DNA from: Paramoeba atlantica
Lineage: Eukaryota > Protista > Discosea
NCBI GenBank assembly: GCA_977017575.1
Contig: CDRNVI010000052.1
Coordinates: 186,001-250,000, forward strand
Reading direction: 5' to 3'
Length of the DNA: 64,000 bases
In this document: positions 52,935 through 64,000 of the stretch, piece after piece
Layout of the letters: each line of letters begins with the position of its first letter
Position numbering within the stretch: position 1 is the first letter of the stretch
Made by a program: the position numbers and the translations under genes
The notes under the pieces: model-generated
The model's database searches: none
The model's input: the letters and a program-made list of their open reading frames with translations, nothing else
Told to the model about the DNA's origin: nothing

Positions 52935-53750
52935 TTTTTGTATACTGTACTTTTTTTGCCATTTTTTTCGCCAAGTTGAAATTTTCTATAATTCTCTTTT
53001 TCCGAAAAAATCCGAGCTTGGCGGACCAGTCCTGCGGATACGCGGGGGGTTCACCCCCGGGTAGGGTGGTGGAAAATACTCGCCAAGACCCTATCCCTTC
53101 TGCGGGTTTGTTTCGAAAAATAAGTTTTTCAAAAAAAATCTTGCGGTATAGACCCCCCATTTTTTTCAATTTTGGACAACCGGAGCCCCCTTCAAAAAAC
53201 ATTTTAATTAATTAATTAAAAAAACCACCGTAGCCCCCCCTAAAAAAAATTTTCCTTTATTATATTACCCCAAAAAATTCGGAAAATTTGACCTTGTCGA
53301 ACCCCTCCTGCGCGTACCAGGGGGGGGGGGGGGAATTATCGCCGCGGCCTACCCCACCACTTCCCTACGCTCGATTTTGAAAATCAAAAAATTCGAAACA
53401 TAAATTCGCGACGTATGCCCCCCCTCCCTGAACCCCCCATTATTTTGGATGGGGGGTTCCCCATGAATGGAAGCCTACCGAACGTATTGGGTGGAGAAAG
53501 CGACTCCAACCATACCATTCTTTCGACACAAAAATGCCCCTTTAGGTCCGAAAAATATTTTTTCACCTTTTTTAGTCAAAAATGGGTCATTTTGAGGGGC
53601 GCACCACGGTTCGAAGAAGTGATACCTTGCGAAAACAACTGCGGAGAAAGCTAGTGTAGGTCCCAAACTATCAAAATAGAATAGGGGAAACAATTTTGGA
53701 AAAATATTTCTTTTGCCATTTTTTTCGCCAAGTTGAATTTTTTTTAGCTA
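52935..53750. repeat. Shuffled modules of the fold-back family
   Basis: Segments match 39180-39360, 9340-9520 and 38950-39170 in rearranged order. Confidence 0.7.
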
Positions 53751-53968
53751 GTTGGGCGATGGGGTTCAGGTAGGGGGGCGGAAAAAAAAATCCAAGGTTA
53801 AAGCACCACAGTCTGACAAAGATTCTGTTGCAAAGAAGTTTGTACGGCGTAAAGCGAGAGAAAGACGCGAGAGAAAACCACTTTCAGAAAAACGGAAGAG
53901 GCGGACCATAGGGTACACGACAATGAGTTACGCGATAGGGAAGATTTGCTTGCAATGGAGCTTGATCC

Positions 53969-55035
53969 ATGTTCGACGCAACTAACGACAACCCAAATAC
54001 AGACTGCGTCCGCTGGATCCACGATTCACGACCAAGCTGCCCCCTATCCCTAGGGTGGAGGTGGCGGAGTGGCAAGAATTCAAAGTTTGAAGCACATGGT
54101 GCTCAGGCGGCGGGTTCAAACCCGCTCATCGAAATATTCCTGGCGGCCTCACTCTAAGAGGCTGGGCTGATAACCGACTAGGCCCAGTACTCGGAGGACC
54201 GTCCCGGACCCTCCCCTCAGGGAACCAGCTCCCTTACCTGGCTTACACCTCTTGGGTGAGCCGTGTTGACGTACAGTTCGTCGACGCAGCGTGTTGGCAA
54301 CAGCACGTTGGTGCCGCCTTGGACAAGCGGAAACTGGTAGAGGACGTCGGCCTCGGAACTTCCAAATCTGTCTGTGAAGGGTCTGGCTTGCCAGTGACCA
54401 TCCGGAGCAATCCGGAATGATTTGGATTTTTGGATTTTTTTTGCCCCCTATCCCCCATCATCGCAACAACGAGGAATGCCCCCAGCAACCAATTCTGCAG
54501 AGAACGCTGTCTCAGCAGAATTGAGTCAAGGACAACGGGAAGATGGGTACTCCGGCTCACAAGGCGCATCTTTTCCCCTCAACGGAGACGATTCTCGACA
54601 GTGCCCGGCTCAGGGATGTTCATGACGGAGCTTGCCAAACGTGTCGTGGCAAGCTTTTTACAACCACGTCGCTTGCCGGCACGGAAGCAGCATTCCCGCA
54701 GAGTGGTGGGATGGAGAAGGTCGCTTCCTTTGTTCTTCTTGCGGGCGAAACTACGGCAAAAACAAACGTTCATATCACCCCCATAGCTGCAAAGCAACAA
54801 TGGCCTCTCCGCCATCCGAGCTTCATGCGCAAACCCTTCCTGACGCGGAGAGCCCAGGACGGAGAGCCGTAATCACTCAGTTTGAGATTCCATCTTCATC
54901 AACTATCTGCTCGCTACCGCTTAGTACATGCAAGGACGCACCACATCGATGCCGAAAAAAAAAAAATCGATGCCGCCAGCTGTGGGGTGAAATTCTTACG
55001 GAGACCATGGATAACGCCGTCAAAAACAATTCACT
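53969..55035 (+). pseudogene. CRE-clade-like non-LTR retrotransposon N-terminal relic, split by a SINE
   Basis: CPAQGC*..NHVACRH, FLCSSCGR..HPHSC, then EIPSSSTICSL..ST.K..P.RCR..W.EIL...M.NAVKNN, resembling the CRE pre-RT region; cut by a pogo end. Confidence 0.5.
54051..54441 (+). mobile_element. tRNA-headed SINE, full-length copy (391 bp)
   Basis: A-box TGGCGGAGTGG (54062-72), B-box GGTTCAAACCC (54113-23), GGATTTTT tail, exact 13-bp TSD TGCCCCCTATCCC (54038-50 and 54442-54). Confidence 0.88.
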
Positions 55036-55489
55036 ATTATTAAGTTGTCAAGTTATTATTAAGTTTCAACAACTTAATATTATTCCGCTCCCCGGTTTAC
55101 ACGCGGCACATCTTCAGATACAGGTTCTAGCTGTGAAAGTGATTTTCTTCTCTTTCCTATTTCATTACCAGTCTACTTAACATACCTATACCTTGATAAC
55201 AAACCTATACCTTGATAACATACCGGGGGAGTATGTTAAATGGGTATGTGGTTTATATGACGTTTTTTCGATCAGATACCTAAACACCCCCTACTGGTAA
55301 TGAATTCAAAATCCTAGGTCAAAACACTGGGACCTGTTATACCTGTATACGCTTTGGTTTCATTCGATAAGTCTTCACCCTGTACTGGTAATACACTTAC
55401 AAAGGCCAACATTCAACTTGAAGTGTGTGACACGCGAGGCCGAAGAGGAATGAGGAGGCGCAAGGAAAAAAGGCAGAAGGCGGTGCCTT

Positions 55490-56070
55490 CTGTCTTTTTG
55501 CCGCGGCGACGACGACTTCCTCGCGTGGGAAGCTGTAAGGGGTCCTAGGGAGCATGTTTCAATGGCTATGTAACCCAGGCTAAAGTGGACGAGGGAGATA
55601 CCAAAGGCGCCTTTGGAAAACGACCACAAAACTTTGACTAAAAAAAGGTGAAAAAGTATTTTTCGGACCTAAAGGGGCATTTTTGTGTCGAAAGAATGGT
55701 ATGGTTGGAGTCGCGTTCTCTACTCAATACGTTCGGTAGGCTTCCATTCATGCCTACGAGTGATTTCCCACGCGCAAATATCGGATTTAGTGCTCTGAGA
55801 GTCAAAATACGCGAAAATCACCCCATTTTTACCCGAAATTCGGCTATTTTTAGCTATAATCTTTCCGTTTTCCAGGCTAAATTTTCTTTTTTAGGCTCTT
55901 CGTTAAACGCGGCGGTAGTTTTCAACGCGAAGCGCGCAGCATGAGTGACTTCTAAGTTGAAAACAACCACCGCGTTTAACGAAGAGCCTAAAAAAGAAAA
56001 TAGTTACCGTCCGATCCATAATTAAGGAATTTCTTTTTTAGGCTCTTCGTTAAACGCGGTGGTTGTTTTC
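55490..56070. repeat. Half of palindrome P, inverted spacer module, and HpA copies
   Basis: 55500-55627 matches the P1 left arm; HpA inverted at 55882-56000; extra HpA arm at about 56030-56070. Confidence 0.75.
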
Positions 56071-56206
56071 AGAAGTGTGTGTTCCGCGCAAAACTCTCAC
56101 TGAACCATCCGTGTAGAAATGTACAGATTTAAGTTTGGTGAATGGAACGCTAGATTCTTCAATAAATTGCAGATCTTTATACCGTCCGATCCATAATTAC
56201 TGCGGT

Positions 56207-56606
56207 GAAAAATCATTCCAAAAAAAAAAATCCAAATCATTCCGGATTGCTCCGGATGGTCACTGGCAAGCCAGACCCTTCACAGACAGATTTGGAAGTT
56301 CCGAGGCCGACGTCCTCTACCAGTTTCCGCTTGCCCAAGGCGGCACCAACGTGATGTTGCCAACACGCTGCGTCGACGAACTGTACGTCAACACGGCTTA
56401 CCCAAGAGGTGTAAGCCGGGTAAGGGAGCTGGTTCCCTGAGGGGAGGGTCCGGGACGGTCCTCCGAGTACTGGACCTAGTCGGTTATCAGCCCAGCCTCT
56501 TAGAGTGAGGCCGCCAGGAATATTGGGATGAGCGGGTTTGAACTCGCCGTCTGAGCACCATGTGCTTCAAACTTTGAATTCTTGCCACTCCGCCACCTCC
56601 GCCCTA
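56207..56606 (-). mobile_element. tRNA-headed SINE, inverted full-length copy
   Basis: Reverse complement of 54051-54441, with the same TAGGG(C/T)GGAGG start; no TSD seen. Confidence 0.82.
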
Positions 56607-58003
56607 AAGAGTACAACACTCAGGGTTCCCGAGCGATCGCTCACCTCAGTACTAACTGAGCCTGGCGGTGCTTAACCTCACAAAGAACAGGATGTGGTGT
56701 TTTCACCGTAGTATGGCCGTACAACCTGCAGGTTGGTGGTTAGATTCCCGCTATCGACAAAACTCGCAACCTGGCGGCCTCACTCAAGGGGAAGCGATCA
56801 GGAGTTCCTCCAAGGCCCATACTCAACCCCGCTCCCCTGGAGGACCGATCTGGAACCGCCGAGCTGAACCAGGCTCCGGCGCAACCGCTAAATTGCGATC
56901 TGCCTACGCAAAGGAGGCTTGAGACACAGCCTAAACGATTCGAGGCGGTTGGACGCCCGTCCTGGTAGCTACGGTTGCGTAGCCGTTCTCGGGCTGCAAG
57001 GTGTCGAGTGCCGTCTGGGAAGGGGGTAGCAAGACAATGAAGGTCAGTGACCTGAAACTCTACCCTAACGGTTGGCGCTGCAGAGCCCTCCGTGTCTTCT
57101 TCTTTTTCTTCTTCTTCATCTTCTTCTTCTTCTTCTTCTTCTTCTTCCGCAAGGAATACATAGATGCATTCCTTGGCAATGTTGTGCCACATGTTTGGTC
57201 ATAGCCTCTTTTTCAAGAGGTGTTTCGGAACACCTGGTATGTGTTTTCCGTTTCAAGGACGTTTTCTGTCCAAAGAAAAGCTGTCCAAAAAAAGCTTCTG
57301 CGGGTTTTGTTCGAAAAAAGTTTTTTTCAAAAAAAATTCGTGCGGTATCCCCCCCCCACTAGACCACCCCCATGGACGCCCCCCATGGACCCCCCATTTT
57401 TTTCATTTTTTTTTTAAATTTTGGCCCTTTTTGATCTTTTGCACAAAGTTGAGCTTCGGGATTCGGAAGGTCACTTTCGAGAAGAATAACTCACCAATTG
57501 TAATAAGTTGATCGTCGTTCGTTCGCTTTTTGTACCTTTTTATGCACTCTTCTTGAGCTTCCGTACTGACTGAAAAATCTTAAAAAGGAAGACGATCACA
57601 ACAACACAACAACAAAGACACTGATATTTGAATATCAGTTAAAGGGTCTGTAATTTACACCATAAAATAGAACCCACCTACGTACAAGCTCACTTGGCTT
57701 TTACGCGTAGAAGCATCTTCTACGACCATGACATACATACTTCCTCATTACTTTCTTTGGTAAATAACCCGTTAGGTGCGAATGCGGCTTCCGGCGCTTT
57801 GCTTTCATAACCATTTGACTTCCTTATCTGTTGGCTCTATATTCCTGTTTTTGCCTAGGGCAAAGAGCGAAAAAGCTTAATAAATCCAAACCTTATTGAC
57901 AAAATCAATATCCTATCTCTCTTCTTCATAAAACGTATATTAATACTAATGGCATAGTGTATTTAACGACTTCCCTTAGCATGGTTTTGCTTTCCTTATT
58001 TGC

Positions 58004-60480
58004 TCAATGAGATCTCCTGGTAGATTTTTGCGTCTTGCTTTCATCCTCTCTAAGCGAGCGTTTTCTCTGAGGGGTTCTTCCCGTAAGTACTGATATGCAA
58101 ACTGGGATCTCATTCTTGACGCGTGTGTCTTCTGCACTCTTGCGCAGTTTTATGCCAATTTTTTCATTGGTTTTGGTTGATTTCCCCTTCGAACGGGTGC
58201 GTTTCAATGTTTTTGATGAAGGGGTTCTACTAACAACTTCATTTTGAGAAAGAGCCTCAGATTTTGGAGGATCGGGTGTTTCCTCTTCAGCCCTCACCTG
58301 TGTAAATGCAAAAACTGGCAAAGTCCGTTTTTGTAACGATTTGAACTTTTGGTCTGTGTTCAGTGGGGTCATGTTTCGTCTTTTGGAGCAGGATTTTTCT
58401 TCCAAACCACGGAAAAAAAAGGAGGCGTTTTCGTCAGACTGTTGATAAGCTCTTTTCGCAAGCCAGTCCGATGTGTCATTATGTGGGTTCCCTTCATGCC
58501 CCCTAACCTTGATGATGAACACGCGTCGGTCAGCTTCTAATTGAAAGCAGGCACGATGTATCTTTGATAAGAGGTCCGAATTTTCAAATTGGTGAAACCC
58601 GAATAGAGAAAACCTGTTCCGAATCACATGGAAAAATTCCCATACATACGCAGAGCCTGTGTGAATGATAATATCCTTCTCATGCTTCATTGCCATCTGC
58701 AGAGCCTCATAGACAGCATAAAGTTCCGCAGCTGTTATTGTGAGTGATATTTCTGACGGAGGTTTTAGTCCTACAAGTGTCTTTTCTACCCGATTGCCCA
58801 ATAACACAATACCGCAACCTGATGAAATTCCTGTTTTCGTTGTTCTTAATGCGCCGTCTGTGTATAAATGCAAGGAAGTGAAAAGGCACCGCACCTTCTT
58901 CTACGAATTGTAATGACGAGTAGACTTTTTGCTTCATTGAATCCTGTTTGGTTTTTTCCCATCTTGGAGATTCTATAGGAAGATAATTCGGACGTGGCTC
59001 AAGGCGCGCCTTTAAACGATCAACATTAGAGCGCCAGCGTGTTCTGTCTTTAGAAATTTGAATAACATCGGGAACAGACAAGCCTAGATCATCGGAACAA
59101 GATTCAGACAGACAGGTTTGCGTCTTTCGTTCCGCCACACTGAAAGGAGAATCGTGTCGAAGAAGATGGCCTATAAGCTGCGCTCTCTGTATTTTCGCCA
59201 CCGTGCTAAGCTTTGAATCATTTTGGTACAGAGCTTCTGTTCGAATACCCCTTTTCCCATCCCAAGTACGGCCTACACCACACACCATTCTGCGCATTTT
59301 GTTTACCTCAATATCTAATTCCCGGAGCCTATTGGTTGATATATCCCATGTTCCTGAATTATATTGCACTACTGGCATCACAAGTGTACGGAATACTGTC
59401 ATACGGCTCGAGATTGGCAAAGGTGATTTCCAGATCGGCCTAAGTTTATGCATCAATGCCCACCCAAGTCTCATTCGTTCGTTGGGTGCAACATTTCGAT
59501 CCTCGCTTTCCTGCGTGCTTCCTAGGTAGCGGTATTTGTAAACTCTGGGGATATGCCCTATACCCGGTATTATAAGTTCGCCCCCGCTATCAGAAACCTT
59601 TCCAACAGTCATCCAAGCAGTTTTATTGACCCCCAAGTTAATACTGAGGTTTTCGTTCCGAGCAGCTCGGTAAAGACTCTCTAACATGTCAGTGAGTTCT
59701 ACTTTAGATGAGGCAAATAAGACTATATCATCGGCGTAGTCGATATCCGAGATACGCAAATGTTTCTCACCACGGCTTTTCGATCCTGTAGAATATGTTA
59801 TTAAACCAGACCCTTTAGTATCGAGCGCTTCTGCCAATATCCGATCGAGTACCATGATAAACAGATAGGGTGCGAGAAAGTCTCCTTGCAGAGTACCATT
59901 GGGTCATTATGGTAACACCGTAACTCCGCATGAATGCCACGGCCTGGTGTAGACGATAACTGCGACGTAGAGCAAATGCGTCCGCGGACTTGCATTTCAA
60001 TGTGTCCACATTTAGGGTGCTCACCACAAACCCCCCTCTCATAGCTTGAATCTTCGGTCTCTGCTCTCGGGCGCCACGCCGAAAACAGGTTTTGCGCTTC
60101 CGATTGCGTCCGTGTAATGATTTTGGGAGTATTCCAACCCTGCCGCCCAGCACATGGACACGTTCATCTCTCGGTGGAAACGGGAGGAGCCGTCCATTCA
60201 TCAAGTCGTACTTAACAAGCCAATTAGACCCGCCAAGCGAAGAATGAACAACCCCTTCCCAAAGTGTAATGCGTTTGCGGTAGGCCATGCGCCAAACAAC
60301 GGCCACACGTTTTCCAACTCCAAAAACCTTCGACATCTGCAAACGGGCCTGCTGCCGGAGTTTTATTACACCACCCCTCTGCTTTGGTTGCAAAAAGAGG
60401 TTGCCCCGACCACACCTGGCCGTTAGGAGTTTGTCACGAACTTCCAACAAACCATCGAACGGTCCGGAGGCCTCCGCCAT
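58004..60480 (-). mobile_element. Degenerate, internally deleted APE-type LINE (RTE-like RT) with RNase H
   Basis: APE start VSTLNVDTLK joined at about 59900 to RT GTLQGDFLAPYLF, YADD, YRYLGS. Frameshift to RNase H: YTDGA, AELYAV, TGSAYV, KVRGHEGNPHNDTSD. Confidence 0.85.
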
Positions 60481-60494
60481 TTTGTATCAACGTA

Positions 60495-63400
60495 TTAATA
60501 CAAAAAGTGATCTCAATACAAAAAGTGATCTTAATACAAAAAGTGATCTTAATACAAAAAGTGATCTTAATACAAAAAGTGATCTTAATACAAAAAGTGA
60601 TCTTAATACAAAAAGTGATCTTAATACAAAAAGTGATCTTAATACAAAAAGTGATCTTAATACAAAAAGTCATCTTAATACAAAACGTGATCTTAATACC
60701 AAAAGTGATCTTAATACAAAAAGTGATCTTAATACAAAAAGTGATCTTAATACAAAAAGTGATCTTAATACAAAAAGTGATCTTAATACAAAAAGTGGTC
60801 TTAATACAAAAAGTGATCTTAATACAAAAAGTGATCTTAATACAAAAAGTGATCTTAATACAAAAAGTGATCTTAATACAAAAAGTGATCTTAATACAAA
60901 AAGTGATCTTAATACAAAAAGTGATCTTAATACAAAAAGTGATCTTAATACAAAAAGTGATCTTAATACAAAAAGTGATCTTAATACAAAAAGTGATCTT
61001 AATACAAAAAGTGATCTTAATACAAAAAGTGATCTTAATACAAAAAGTGATCTTAATACCAAAAGTGATCTTAATACAAAAAGTGATCTTAATACAAAAA
61101 GTGATCTTAATACAAAAAGTGATCTTAATACAAAAAGTGATCTTAATACAAAAAGTGATCTTAATACAAAAAGTGATCTTAATACCAAAAGTGATCTTAA
61201 TACAAAAAGTGATCTTAATACAAAAAGTGATCTTAATACAAAAAGTGATCTTAATACAAAAAGTGATCTTAATACAAAAAGTGATCTTAATACAAAAAGT
61301 GATCTTAATACAAAAAGTGATCTTAATACAAAAAGTGATCTTAATACCAAAAGTGATCTTAATACAAAAAGTGATCTTAATACAAAAAGTGATCTTAATA
61401 CAAAAAGTGATCTTAATACAAAAAGTGATCTTAATACAAAAAGTGATCTTAATACAAAAAGTGATCTTAATACAAAAAGTGATCTTAATACAAAAAGTGA
61501 TCTTAATACAAAAAGTGATCTTAATACAAAAAGTGATCTTAATACAAAAAGTGATCTTAATACAAAAAGTGATCTTAATACAAAAAGTGATCTTAATACA
61601 AAAAGTGGTCTTAATACAAAAAGTGATCTTAATACAAAAAGTGATCTTAATACAAAAAGTGATCTTAATACAAAAAGTGATCTTAATACAAAAAGTGATC
61701 TTAATACAAAAAGTGATCTTAATACAAAAAGTGATCTTAATACAAAAAGTGATCTTAATACAAAAAGTGATCTTAATACAAAAAGTGATCTTAATACAAA
61801 AAGTGATCTTAATACAAAAAGTGATCTTAATACAAAAAGTGATCTTAATACAAAAAGTGATCTTAATACCAAAAGTGATCTTAATACAAAAAGTGATCTT
61901 AATACAAAAAGTGATCTTAATACAAAAAGTGTTCTTAATACTAAAAGTGATCTTAATACAAAAAGTGATCTTAATACAAAAAGTGATCTTAATACAAAAA
62001 GTGATCTTAATACAAAAAGTGATCTTAATACAAAAAGTGATCTTAATACAAAAAGTGATCTTAATACAAAAAGTGATCTTAATACAAAAAGTGATCTTAA
62101 TACAAAAAGTGATCTTAATACAAAAAGTGATCTTAATACAAAAAGTGATCTTAATACAAAAAGTGATCTTAATACAAAAAGTGATCTTAATACAAAAAGT
62201 GATCTTAATACAAAAAGTGATCTTAATACAAAAAGTGATCTTAATACAAAAAGTGATCTTAATACCAAAAGTGATCTTAATGCAAAAAGTGTTCTTAATA
62301 CAAAAAGTGATCTTAATATAAAAAGTGATCTTAATACAAAAAGTGATCTTAATACAAAAAGTGATCTTAATACAAAAAGTGGTCTTAATACAAAAAGTGA
62401 TCTTAATACAAAAAGTGATCATAATACAAAAAGTGATCTTAATACAAAAAGTGTTCTTAATACTAAAAGTGATCTTAATACAAAAAGTGATCTTAATACA
62501 AAAAGTGATCTTAATACAAAAAGTGATCTTAAGACAAAAAGTGATCTTAATACAAAAAGTGATCTTAATACAAAAAGTGATCTTAATACAAAAAGTGATC
62601 ATAATACAAAAAGTGATCTTAATACAAAAAGTGATCTTAATACAAAAAGTGATCTCAATACAAAAAGTGATCTTAATACAAAAAGTGATCTTAATACAAA
62701 AAGTGATCTTAATACAAAAAGTGATCTTAATACAAAAAGTGATCTTAATACAAAAAGTGATCTTAATACAAAAAGTGATCTTAATACCAAAAGTGATCTT
62801 AATACAAAAAGTGATCTTAATACAAAAAGTGATCTTAATACAAAAAGTGATCTTAATACAAAAAGTGATCTTAATACAAAAAGTGATCTTAATACAAAAA
62901 GTGGTCTTAATACAAAAAGTGATCTTAATACAAAAAGTGATCTTAATACAAAAAGTGATCTTAATACAAAAAGTGATCTTAATACAAAAAGTGGTCTTAA
63001 TACAAAAAGTGATCTTAATACAAAAAGTGATCTTAATACAAAAAGTCATCTTAATACAAAAAGTGATCTTAATACAAAAAGTGATCTTAATACAAAAAGT
63101 GATCTTAATACAAAAAGTGATCTTAATACAAAAAGTGATCTTAATACAAAAAGTGATCTTAATACAAAAAGTGATCTTAATACAAAAAGTGATCTTAATA
63201 CAAAAAGTGATCTTAATACAAAAAGTGATCTTAATACAAAAAGTGATCTTAATACAAAAAGTGATCTTAATACAAAAAGTGGTCTTAATACAAAAAGTGG
63301 TCTTAATACAAAAAGTGATCTTAATACAAAAAGTGATCTTAATACAAAAAGTGATCTTAATACAAAAAGTGATCTTAATACAAAAAGTGATCTTAATACA

Positions 63401-64000
63401 AAAAGTGATCTTAATACAAAAAGTGATCTTAATACAAAAAGTGATCTTAATACAAAAAGTGATCTTAATACAAAAAGTGATCTTAATACAAAAAGTGATC
63501 TTAATACCAAAAGTGATCTTAATACAAAAAGTGATCTTAATACCAAAAGTGATCTTAATACAAAAAGTGATCTTAATACAAAAAGTGATCTTAATACAAA
63601 AAGTGATCTTAATACAAAAAGTGATCTTAATACAAAAAGTGATCTTAATACCAAAAGTGATCTTAATGCAAAAAGTGTTCTTAATACAAAAAGTGATCTT
63701 AATATAAAAAGTGATCTTAATACAAAAAGTGATCTTAATACAAAAAGTGATCTTAATACAAAAAGTGGTCTTAATACAAAAAGTGATCTTAATACAAAAA
63801 GTGATCTTAATACAAAAAGTGATCTTAATACAAAAAGTGATCTTAATACAAAAAGTGATCTTAATACCAAAAGTGATCTTAATACAAAAAGTGATCTTAA
63901 TACCAAAAGTGATCTTAATACAAAAAGTGATCTTAATACAAAAAGTGATCTTAATACAAAAAGTGATCTTAATACAAAAAGTGATCCTAATACAAAAAGT
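60495..64000. repeat. 18-bp tandem satellite (TTAATACAAAAAGTGATC)n, about 195 units, extending past the window
   Basis: Constant 18-bp phase with substitutions only. A cluster of variant units at 62261-62385 recurs 1386 bp (77 units) later. Confidence 0.97.

Noticed and set aside
60384-63906. (IQKVIL)n, (CIKITF)n and (VLRSLF)n ORFs as real proteins
   Set aside because: By-products of an 18-bp period. The IQKVIL frame has internal stops and the common variants are non-synonymous in these frames.
60495-64000. Canonical telomere
   Set aside because: No TTAGGG-like G-rich strand; a terminal position cannot be shown from this window.

Overview
Eukaryotic, apparently intron-free protist DNA in three zones. 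(1) 1-36.2 kb: about 14 long genes, all on the + strand: HAD/Swiss-Army-knife phosphatase, transcription-type cyclin, UNG, a Ce1-like P-loop+guanylyltransferase, COG2, GRASP, NOC3, XPC/Rad4, a Rad54-like SNF2 ATPase, PRP22, a mitochondrial helical-repeat protein and two damaged LRR genes. Co-orientation and the Ce1-like architecture suggest a kinetoplastid/euglenozoan (inference). Many of these genes show sharp internal C-rich to G-rich strand-skew flips. (2) 36.3-60.5 kb: a dense mobile-element field. It holds Tc1, pogo, hAT and TA-MITE elements, CRE-like and APE-RT-RNaseH LINE relics, three copies of a tRNA-headed SINE, and modular fold-back repeats, including a palindrome family whose two arms co-evolve. 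It also holds a bacterial-type IS30 element with 26/27-bp IRs and a clean 2-bp target duplication, inserted into a CACGTG minisatellite; this is the best candidate for something undescribed. (3) 60.5-64 kb: an indel-free 18-bp satellite of about 195 units running off the window end. All calls come from motif reading by eye; no database searches were run.
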